This document shows positions 12,743 through 22,999 of a stretch of DNA of 64,000 bases, in pieces; position 1 is the first letter of the stretch; each line of letters opens with the position of its first letter. The notes under the pieces were generated by a model. The model was not told where the DNA came from. It was given only the letters and a program-made list of their open reading frames with translations, and did not search any database. The DNA lies in contig NC_042997.1 in NCBI RefSeq assembly GCF_006345805.1, forward strand, positions 106,454,001 through 106,518,000, read 5' to 3'. The stretch comes from Octopus sinensis. Lineage: Eukaryota. The position numbers and the translations under genes are program-made.

Positions 12743-13284
12743 CCGTGTTGTGTAAGCGGGTGTGGCTACAATGATGTGCCGGTTACTTGATACAGGAATT
12801 CTCGCAGGTTGAGCTTGCTGTTAACCATGGTGACGTATTCACAAACAGCGTGAAGTTAAACCACAGCGAAGTTGCTGTGTATGTAGAGATGTTGGCGTCG
12901 TTAAGATGGAGACAACGGAGATGGAGGCAACGTTAAGATAAAGGCGACGAAGGTGGAGCTCCGGAAATACTGCTGGTAGTGTGTGTCGCTGAACTGGCTG
13001 TCACTGGAACTGGCTGTGTCACTCTGTGGTCAGTGGTCTAGAACCAAAGACGCTCGCCTCGATGAATCGTGTTTTGTAGCAAATTATAGGCTCAAACGGA
13101 GCGTAAGAAAAACTGTGTCACAGGACCTTATCATAAGGCTGCGATTGGTTGTATTGCACATTGGCGCGTAATACAGCAAGAGACAAACTGCGCCAATACC
13201 AATCAATTAGAGTAGTGGATGCAACAGGGTCCAAACGGCCGAAGGTTAGCTGTTATCTGCTACGTCTGTATTTATGTTATATAT

Positions 13285-13321
<37 letters not shown>

Positions 13322-13869
13322 TCACCAAGCGCCCGCTACAGTTGCATAAATCCGTAAGTAAAAATAAAATTGGATAGAATTATAGATAAATTTATGTATA
13401 TTTTTCAATGCATATATAAATATAAATACGTCCAAGTATTTATACATAAAGAAATACATAAAAATATATGAAAAATAAAAATAAATGGACACTTCTATTA
13501 TCACATCTTGCACATATACCTACATATATTTACACGCTCGTACATAACAAATACATGTAAATATCTGTATAGAAACGCATGCAAAAAATTGTATGAATAT
13601 ATATTTGTGCAAGTAATATATTTCTACTTAGTTTCATACACAAAAATTTATTTATGTCTAAATATGCTTCAATGAAAATAAAAATACCAAAGCAGTAGTG
13701 AATAAATGCATAAATAAAAATGTATCTATTATTCGTAATTACTTTAATAAAAAAAACTGACACCCCTCAATCTATTCTGCAGTAATCAAGTAAGTTAAAG
13801 AGTGTCTATTGGTCATTTTTAAAAATAAGTAGCGTTTCGTTTATTAACGGTAATGTAATACGTAATAAA

Positions 13870-14104
13870 AAGGCGGCGAGCTGGCAGAAACGTTAGCACG
13901 CCGGGCGAAATGCTTAGCGGTATTTCGCCTGTCGTTACGTTGTGAGTTCAAATTCCGCCGAGGTCGACTTTGCCTTTCATCTTTTCGTGGTCGATAAATT
14001 AAGTACCAGTTGCGCACTGGGGTCGATGTAATCTACTTAATACCTATGTCTGTCCTTGTTTGTCCTCTCTATGTTTTGCCCCTTGTGGGTAATAAAGAAA
14101 TAGG
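13870..14104 (+). mobile_element. SINE family A (tRNA-derived head)
   Basis: aaggcggcgagctggcagaa...gagttcaaattcc (B-box-like)...ttcatc...gtcgataaattaagtaccag; further copies elsewhere in the window. Confidence 0.8.
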
Positions 14105-14181
14105 TAATGTAATATGTAATAAGTAAATAAAAGCGGGGTTGCTATGTTATGTGTATAAATAAGACAGCAAGGAAAAATTTC

Positions 14182-14910
14182 GGATCTTTTCCTTTTGAAC
14201 AGCACATGTCAACACAATTTCCAGTTAACTAAACACTTCAAAACTTCTTATACTGGTAGAATGTGTCAAAATAAAGCATTTTTTTCTCTTGGCTTTCTTG
14301 AGAAAATTGTAATTTGTTTGTTTAACGTAGTTTAATTTTTCGAATTTTAACCAATGAATCGCCTCTAGTGAGCTAAAATCATTTGCTGCGTCTAAAACTG
14401 AGACAACATCCTGTCACTAACCCTAACCCTAACCCTAACCCTAACCCTAATTTTTTTTTTCTTAATTGTTAAATTAATTTAATTGTTACACATGTCAAAA
14501 AAAACGGAAGTCTAAAACGAAAGCAATGGAAAATAATTTAAACAATTAACAAACAAAATAATTCTATAAATTTATACACACGCTTTCCGTATACGTACAC
14601 GCGTAACAATTAAATTAATTTAACAATTAAGAAAAAAAAAATTAGGGTTAGGGTTACGGTGAGGGTTAGGGTTAGTGACAGGATGTTGTCTCAGTTTTAG
14701 ACGCAGCAAATGATTTTAGCTCACTAGAGGCGATTCATTGGTTAAAATTCGAAAAATTAAACTACGTTAAACAAACATATTACAATTTTCTCAAGAAAGC
14801 CAAGAGAAAAAAATGTTTTATTTTGACACATTCTACCAGTATAAGAAGTTTTGAAGTGTTTAGTTAACTGGAAATTGTGTTGACATGTGCCGTTCAAAAG
14901 GAAAAGATCC
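14182..14910. mobile_element. Foldback MITE with ~308-bp arms, internal telomere-like repeats and an 8-bp TSD
   Basis: Arms 14182-14489 and 14603-14910 are near-perfect inverted repeats with GGATCTTTTC termini. AAAATTTC flanks both sides. (CCCTAA)5 lies at 14421-14450. Confidence 0.92.
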
Positions 14911-14929
14911 AAAATTTCTTATATCAAAG

Positions 14930-16320
14930 AAAATAATTTATAGTTATTTTAAAAAATTAAGGGATAAAATGCTCATGTGTGCAATTTATAATATAATAAA
15001 TAAATAAAGGAAGAAAGAAACAGAATAAAAGAAGAGAGTTAATATGTAATGTGCGTAAATAAGAGAACAAGGAAAAATACGGAAGAAAAATTTTCTTTAT
15101 ATATTTTTAGTTTTGACGATAACATGCTTGTGTATGCAAAAATATACTGGTTAAGGGGAGGTAAATATGGATAGTTAATTTATCTAGGGAATAATAGAAA
15201 ATATACAGGAAAATTATTATAGATAAAAATATGTTTTGTTTTTAATATATAAAGGTTTGAAAAATAAATATATTAGTTTAATGAATAAATAAAGATAGCT
15301 GGGTGAATAATATAAGGTAAAATAATACACTGCGAGGAGGGCAAATATTCCTAGCTATCTATTAAATTAGTCTAGAATAGGGGAAAGATTTACAAATTAG
15401 TATTAATTGTATTAATAATAAGTAATGGGGTAATATAAATTAGCAATATTTAATTAAATTAATAGTTACTACTATTAAGGAATTAAGTAAGAAAATAGGG
15501 AAATATATATAAGAGAGATATAATGTTTCAGTATAGGTATAAAAGTATTATTCAAAGTAATTTTTAAAAATGGTGATTTTTAGAAAATAAAGGTAAATAT
15601 AAAACTATAATTAAAATATCAAAGTAGGGGATTATAACAGAATATTGTATGGACGCTTAATGGGATTATAACAGAATATTGTATAGTAGCTTAATTTATA
15701 ACAGAATATTGTATAGTAGCTTAATTTATAACAGAATATTGTATAATAGCTTAATTTATCAACAATGAGGTAAATAAAAGTGATAGCATGGTTAAGGGTT
15801 GATATGTGTAACGATAGTAGTGAGAAGGTAATTAAACACTTATTATCTATTTATTTATATTTCGAAAATACATATTTTCCCATGTGTAAACAAGATTTAT
15901 TTCTTTCATCTCTAAAGTTAAGTACAAGGAATTTTGCCAAGAGAATAAAAATATTTTCAGTTAAACAAAGAAAACATTTTTTATTTTTAGCTTTATGAGA
16001 AGGTGCTGTAGCTATTATGACCCATTTAATATTAAAATTTATATTATTTTGCTTTAGCTCCAAGATAAATTTGCTTGATCCAGTTGAGTTTTATTTATGC
16101 TTCTTTCTAAAAGTGTATGAGTGCGTAGAGATGGGTTCTTAATTTCATTTTCCGTAGTCCCAATATAAAAACATTTATTATCTAGAATTTTTATTGTGCA
16201 TTGAAATATTACACTTCTTATTTTGCATGCATTCTTCAATAAACAATTATTTCTAATCCTGCAGTCACAATTATTGTAGATATTATTAATTGTATGTGTA
16301 TTTACATAGGTAAAAGATTC
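14930..16320 (-). mobile_element. Penelope-like element 3' part (GIY-YIG and AT-rich 3' region), decayed
   Basis: Minus ORFs give NCDCRIRNNCLL...FYIGTTENEIK and NIKWVI...KKCFLCLTE...CLHM. Confidence 0.65.
15628..15759. repeat. Tandem repeat, ~30-34 bp x4 (ttataacagaatattgtatagtagcttaat)
   Basis: Read directly. Confidence 0.85.
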
Positions 16321-16334
16321 CTGTCTCTCCCAGA

Positions 16335-17640
16335 CACTTTCCAGCAACTCGCAAATACAGGAAAATATTAAATAGGCGTTCTGTGAAATTATCATATAGC
16401 TGCTACACCAATATGAAGATTATTGTTACACGAGGTCAATACCAAGCGCCTAAATCCAGTTGCAACTCAGGACCTTGTCTGCATGACCAATGATGTATGA
16501 TTAAATTTATCATGTATGAGGCAGAAGTTATTGCAACCCTAAATAATAATACAACTGATAAGAAGACCTAGACTGGATTAGGTGAAGGGGAATTTAAAAA
16601 TCGCTATGCCAATCACATAGCCCCCTTCCGACATAGGGACAAAAGTAAGGCTACTAAGTTGGTTAGCTACGTATGGACTTTGAAAGATAACGAAACACCA
16701 CATGTAATTAAATGGAAAGTAACTGAGAAATCCATACCTAATGTGAATGAATCGAATAAATGTAGGCTTATTTAGCTGAAAGAGCGCTGATTCTCTTCAG
16801 ATCTAAGATTCCTAGCTATCTTTTAAATTCTAGGTCAGAAACTTTTAGTGGTCGCAAGCATATGCATTGTAGCAATAACCATTTTAGCCATTTTGAAATG
16901 TGGCGCGAATTGGCAATATGACGTAATATCGTATTGCCGAAGAATTATCATTTTCGTTTTTTCCATTGGTTAATATAACTGCTCATATAAAGATTCGAAA
17001 AGTTTCGAAAATAATATTTGTCATGGATTTCGATTCTTTTTAAGTCAAGTTGAGCAGTTATAAAAACCCTGGATTTTGGAAAATATTTCAGTGTTCGTTG
17101 GATGTAACTCCACTCCACGACACTCACTCTTTTGGAGACATCGGTAATTTTTATGCCATGTCTAAGTTAATCACAAATCTATTTTGATTTGATGGTTAAT
17201 GTATTAGAGAGAAAGAAGAAATTAGTTAATGAATTTATAGTCGTTCTTCACGACAAAGTTATCTTTCCTACTGTAAATAATATAAAATGTTATATTTATA
17301 TAATAAAAAATAATTAAAAAGAAAATGTTTCTCTTCACGTTTGTTTTTCAAATGAGCATAAATAAGTATGCATTTCTGTAATCCTTAACTTATGTTTTTC
17401 TTATAGCGGTTTAAAGGACACGATTAAAATATTCAACATACATGTCATTAATATAGCGTTTCATGCGTATATGTCTCTATGACGTTATAACTGTAGTTAG
17501 GGTTTAGGTATAATGATAAAACTTTAATATAAGTGACGTTGAATCATTATATTCTCCCTTACTCAGAGAAAAGCCAAATAAAATAAAATAACCTAAGAGA
17601 AAGCTTAAGGATTAAACCGAAAAACCGACATAGGAAAGTA
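16335..17640 (+). mobile_element. Penelope-like element: linker, GIY-YIG and 3' untranslated region
   Basis: FPATRKYRKILNRRSVKLSYSCYTNMK linker, then IMYEAEV...YTGLGEGEFKNRYANH...LVSYVWTLK. The downstream region matches 18281-19115 in reverse. Confidence 0.7.
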
Positions 17641-17869
17641 TAAATATATTTTGAAGAATTGGAAAATTACGTCTATTCCTAACTAACTTGATATCCTTCC
17701 AGCCTTATAATTTAAAGGCTTTCTTACTTTTTTACTCTTTATTTTTTTTACATTTTTTACATTTTAGCTGTTTATTTTCGTTTTTCGTTTTTCGCCTTCC
17801 ATATTTTACTTTTTGTGTTTTCTATTTTTCACATTTTTTCTATTCAATTTTTTTGGTTCCTTATATGTA

Positions 17870-18241
17870 GTTTGCACCCGAAGAATATGTACTTTGACAC
17901 GTGTGAGAATAGAAGTTGTGCGGTATCCATGTCTGACAAGTAGAGTTTTCAAACGTTGCGGCAAGGAAGACGTATCGAAAACTACCAGGTGTCACCTCTT
18001 AAAGCAGATAGCCAGGAATGTTTCAAGCCCTCCTCTGAATGCTGTTCATGAGCAGAAGGGACAGAAATGGGCAGAAAAATATATGAAGATAGATTTTTCA
18101 ACAATTCTGTTCACTGACGAATGCCGTGCACCCCTTGATGGACCAGGTGGCTGGAGTAAAGTTTGAGTATCAAACAGCAGGAACCGTCTACATCGTTTGA
18201 GTCGCCAACAGTGGAGAAATGGGGTCATGTTTTGGGCTGGC
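17870..18241 (+). mobile_element. Tc1/IS630-type transposase fragment
   Basis: WAEKYMKIDFSTILFTDECRAPLDGPGGW and ...GVMFWAG motifs. Confidence 0.75.
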
Positions 18242-18280
18242 ATCAGAAGGCTGCGTGTTCGAATCACGTCGGGGTCACCA
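18242..18280 (+). pseudogene. 3' half of tRNA-Trp (positions 38-73) followed by CCA
   Basis: ATCAGAAGGCTGCGTGTTCGAATCACGTCGGGGTCA-CCA matches the recalled metazoan tRNA-Trp(CCA) 3' half. The 5' half is absent. Confidence 0.85.
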
Positions 18281-19115
18281 GTTTTTATAGCGGTATTTTT
18301 GTTTACTGTTAGTGTAACGCTACTTTTATATGTCTCTTATTTGGAAATAGATAAATATATTTTACTTTTGCAGTAGGAATATATATTGATAAACCCGTCA
18401 CTTATAACTTACTTATAAGTGTTATCATTATACATAAATCCTGACTCCAGCTACATAAACGCCATAGTGAGAAATATATTCTCTGAAACGCTAATGGACA
18501 TTTTATGCGTGCATGTATGTTGAAGATAAATAAATTAGTGTTCTATTAACCGCTATAAAAAAATAGTTTCATAATTACAGTAAGAAATTTAATTAATAAG
18601 TCGAAGAACGTGAAGAAAGGGAAAACAATTACTACATTAGTTTATTTATGTACATTTAGCATTTTTAATACAATTTGAAAGTAAAGTAATTTTGTCGTAG
18701 AGAATTACGGCTTAAAATTCACACTAACTAATTCTTCATACTAACTATTATAGATCTCAACAATTCAAATAAGTCTTGTTGGATTTTTCATAGACATGGC
18801 ATAAGAAATAGTCAATGTTTCAAAGGAGTGAGTGTCGTGGAGTTTAGTAACATTCCACAAACACTAAAGTTTTCCCCCAAATCCCCAACTTGACTTTAAA
18901 GAATTGAAATCACATAAAAATATTCTTTAACTAATTTTCAGAATTCCTATATGCGCAGTTATTTCAACCAATGGGAAAACGACAATCATATTTTTTCGAC
19001 AATACGACATTACATCATATTGCCAGCTACCACAATTTGGCGCCACTATTTGAAAAGGCTGCACGCTATACATTCATATGCACGCATACACATCCAAGAT
19101 ATACACTTCTAGGTA
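18281..19115 (-). mobile_element. Second, inverted copy of the Penelope-like 3' end at 16850-17640
   Basis: Shared blocks: ggcaatatga(c/t)gtaat, ccattggtt, ctccacgacactcactc, atgccatgtcta, ttatagcggtt, ttcaacatacatg, tataagtgacg. Confidence 0.6.
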
Positions 19116-19249
19116 AAAGTATATACACGTAAATAACAATACATGCATATATACATACACATTAAAACAATAAAGTACATATACAAAGACTGTAGGTATA
19201 GATATATATGTATAAATTACTTTCACATAAAAAAGTTTTTATGTATGTA

Positions 19250-19327
<78 letters not shown>

Positions 19328-19562
19328 GCATATATACATATATGTACGTACCTACCTCTACATGTATATATACATGCATATATGGGTACAGGACACCAAA
19401 AAAACCTCGAACACAATGAGAAACGAAAAAACATAAACACAAAACCAAGGAAATGGACATTTTTTTTAAACAACGAAAAAATAGAGTAGAGGACATACAA
19501 AACAAGGAAAATTCCCCTTCTTCAGTCGCCTTAATTTCATCTACTCCACGTTTCGAAGGTCT

Positions 19563-19623
<61 letters not shown>

Positions 19624-19865
19624 ATATTTCGGAATGGTCATTTTGCCAGTTTAGCCAATATATATATTAAATTAGAGACAAAACCACTATTAGGCAAATC
19701 AAACAATGAAAAACTTAAGCCAATCCATATGATTAATTTATATTATTTAAATATATAACAAAATTATTTTAAAAATATATTAAAAAAATATATTAATATT
19801 TTACTATAAAATTGGATTCAATCCTAAATCTGATTTTTCCCTGTAAGTTTGGATTTATTCCCTAA

Positions 19866-20718
19866 TATTTATTAGCATCAGTTTCGGCGACCACAGCTTG
19901 CAGGTGGTGAACGAGTTCACTTACCTGGGATCGACGGTCTCCAGCAGCCTGTCCCTCGAGCCGGAGCTGAACAGACGGATTGGGAAGGCTGCTACTGCCA
20001 TGGCTAAGCTCTCCAGGAGAGTGTCGGAAAACAACATGCTCACAATAACCACCAAGATCGCAGTGTACCAAGCCTGCGTGCTGAGCACCCTACTCTACGG
20101 CAGCGAGAGCTGGACAACATACACCCGGCAGGAATGCCGCCTCAGCGGCTTCCACATGCGGTGTCTTCGACGGATCCTTAGCATCTCCTGGAAGGACCGA
20201 GTACCAAACGGAGTCATCCTAGAACAAACTAATATGCCAAGCATGCATGCCTTCCTCGTGCGGAGACGACTGCGCTGGCTCGGACACGTCTGCCGCATGC
20301 AGGACGGTCGCATGCCTAAAGACATCCTGTACAGCGAACTCACCACGGGATCCCGACCCAAGGGACGTCCACAGCTACGATACAGGGATGTGTGCAAGCG
20401 CGACCTGAGGACTGCCAACATCTGTGTGGACACGTGGGAGGAAACAGCTGCTGACCGCTCTGCCTGGCGTCGGACGGTGAGGAAAGGCGTTTCCATGGCT
20501 GAGGAAAGGAGAGCACAATTGTGGTTGGACAGGCGGGACAGGAGGAGGACAACTGCAGCAACACCCCACACGTACCCATCGATGTTCGTGTGCAGCAACT
20601 GTACCAAGGACTGCCACTCTAGAATTGGACTGTTCAGTCACAGCAGACGCTGCTCATCATCAAAGTAGGCCCCACCCTTGGCGCAACCCATTGTCTATCA
20701 CGACAGACGGGGTAGAAA
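19866..20718 (+). mobile_element. RTE-clade LINE, 5'-truncated 3' end, GC-rich
   Basis: 256-aa open ORF with FTYLGS, LLYGSESW, LRWLGHVCRM, RPKGRPQLRY and a C-terminal CSNC...HSRRC zinc finger. Confidence 0.92.
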
Positions 20719-20721
20719 GAA

Positions 20722-22592
20722 TATATATATATGTATGTGCTGTGATTTGTTGTGATGCTCTGATGGTTATTGTATGGAAAGTGTTCTGCGTAGGATGTGT
20801 GCAGTGCCTAGTAGTGCAATTTTCTGTATTTTATATGTGTTTGTAAGTCCTGGTGTTTTTGTTATGTATTTGTCTGAATATTTTTTTATCATGCCTAATG
20901 CACCTACTATGATAGGAATTGTTTCTGTTTTTATATTCCACATTCTGGTTACCTCTATTTCCAGGTCTTTGTATTTTGAAAGTTTCTCCATTTCTTTTAG
21001 AGACACGTTGTCATCTGCTGTTATTGATACATCAATTACAAAGCATTTTTTTTCTTCATGATCTCTGACAACTATATCTGGGCTGTTGGCCTTAATTTCT
21101 CTATCTGTGTGTATCGGCATATCCCAGAGTATGGTTGTTTTCTCGTTTTCTGTGACCTTTTCTGGTGTGTGCCTATTCCATCTTTTTTTCTGTTGTTATT
21201 CCGTAATGTTGGCATAGCTTCCAGTGTATGTAGGTCCCAACTCTGTCATGTCTGTGAATATATTCCTTCTTAGCCAGGACTGACAGCCAGAGATAATATG
21301 ATTTATTGTTTCTTGTTCATCTCCACATATTCTGCAGTTACTTGTTATATTTCTTTTCATTACATGTTTTTGGTAATTTCTGGAGGGGAGGCTTTGGTCT
21401 TGTGCTGCAATTAAAAATCCCTCTGTCTCTGCTTTGAGTCCTGAGCTTCTCAACCATTGCTGGGATTTTTCTTTGTCTATTTCTTTTGCATTTAGTTTAG
21501 TCCAGTATTTACCATGAAGGGGCTTTTCTTGCCATCGTTTTATCATGCTTCTTTGCTGTTCTAGTTTTAGTTTGGATTTCATTTGTTTTATAGCTTTTGT
21601 TGTTTCTTCATCTTCTTCTTCATATTTGTTAGGTGGTATGATTTCTTGTTTGTATTTGTCAGCTTCCTTAAATACTGAGAACTTTTTTTGTTTTGCTCGT
21701 GTTTTGCCGCTATTTGTATCAGTTTTCCTTCCTTCTGAAGTAGATATTTTTGCAGTCCTATGGTGGCTATGTTATAGTAGTTTTCCAGCTGTATAAGGCC
21801 TCTACCACCTTCTATACGTTGTATATATAGTCTTTCTATGTCAGATTTTGGGTGATGCATCCTAGATCCTGTCATTATTTTTCTTGTTTTCCTATCTATT
21901 TTGGTCAGTTCATTTAGTGTCCAGTTAAGGATATTGTAGCTGTAACTTATAATTGGGTCATCTAAAGTGTTAATACCTATTATCTTGTTTTTAGCATTGA
22001 GCTCTGTTTTTAGTATTGATCTAACTCGTCTATAATATTCTTTTTTTATTTTCTCTTTCATTTGTGTGTGTTGTGTCTTATCTAGTTCATGGATTCCTAA
22101 GTATTTGTAAGTTTGGCTTTGGTCTAATTCTTTTATTTCATTGGTTTTATCTAGTGTGATGTTGCTACTCTTAACTAGTTTTCCTCTTTTCAGGTTACTT
22201 TGGCGCATTTTTCTAATCCAAATTTCATATCTATTTCTTTGGTAAATCCATGAACTGTCTTTAATAGTGTTTCCAGCTGTTTGTCATTTGCAGCGTATAG
22301 TTTTAGGTCATCCATATATAAAAGGTGGCTGATCGTTTTGCCGTAACATTTATATCCGCATCCAGTTCTATTTAGCATATCAGATAGAGGTGACAGTGCC
22401 AAGCAGAAAAGGAGTGGAGAGAGCGTGTCTCCCTGGAATATTCCTCTTCTAATGGGGATGGCTTTGGTTTTCATGAGTCCCTCTTTTGTTTGGAGGTGTA
22501 GGACTGTTTGCCATTTATTCATAGAGTGTCCTATGTATTTTATAATTGTTGGTGCTACTTTGTTAATGGCTAGTGTTTCGAGGATCCATGTG
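20722..22592 (-). mobile_element. RLE-type (R4/Dong-like) LINE: RT, CCHC and RLE, frameshifted
   Basis: ORFs carry GIFQGDTLSPLLF, HLLYMDDLKL, CRICG...HIISGC and PDIVV...IDVS...KY.DL. The 5' end abuts (ATT)n. Confidence 0.9.
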
Positions 22593-22601
22593 TTGGGGAT
22601 G

Positions 22602-22670
<69 letters not shown>

Positions 22671-22674
<4 letters not shown>

Positions 22675-22745
22675 TCACTGCCTGGAATCGAACTCGGTAT
22701 CTTAGGGTTAGTTGCCCGAGCTCTTAACCGCTACACCATATGCCC
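22671..22745 (-). mobile_element. tRNA-derived SINE head (Pol III A and B boxes), inverted copy
   Basis: Minus strand reads TGGTGTAGCGG (A box) and GAGTTCGATTCC (B box), followed by (AAT)n. Confidence 0.75.
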
Positions 22746-22747
22746 CA

Positions 22748-22819
22748 CGGCCATATGGTGTAGTGGTTCAGAGCGCCGGTTACTAACCTTAAGATACCGA
22801 GTTTGATTCCAGGCAGTGA

Positions 22820-22887
<68 letters not shown>

Positions 22888-22990
22888 TCGAAAAATACCT
22901 TAAGAATGAGAATCCAAGTTCGAAATTTCCCCCAAGACACCTGATGAAGGCTGGAGGTTATATCAGGCGAAACGTTGTGTTAAAATACTA
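22748..22990 (+). mobile_element. tRNA-headed SINE with internal (AAT)n and a hammerhead-containing tail (tail truncated)
   Basis: A box TGGTGTAGTGG, B box GAGTTTGATTCC, then (AAT)n, then a tail homologous to the minus-strand copy at 31780-31960. Confidence 0.7.
22936..22981 (+). ncRNA. Minimal type I hammerhead ribozyme motif
   Basis: GACAC-CTGATGA-A-GGCTG..CAGGC-GAAAC-GTT-GTGTT. Stem I is GACAC/GTGTT, stem II has one mismatch, stem III is the palindromic ACGT and the triplet is GUU. Confidence 0.7.
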
Positions 22991-22999
22991 GGTAAGATA

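Noticed and set aside
12273-12790. Repetitive K/E/R-rich ORFs, and a possible CRISPR-like array
   Set aside because: Head-to-tail 22-bp minisatellite open in several frames, with no unique spacers and a eukaryotic context.
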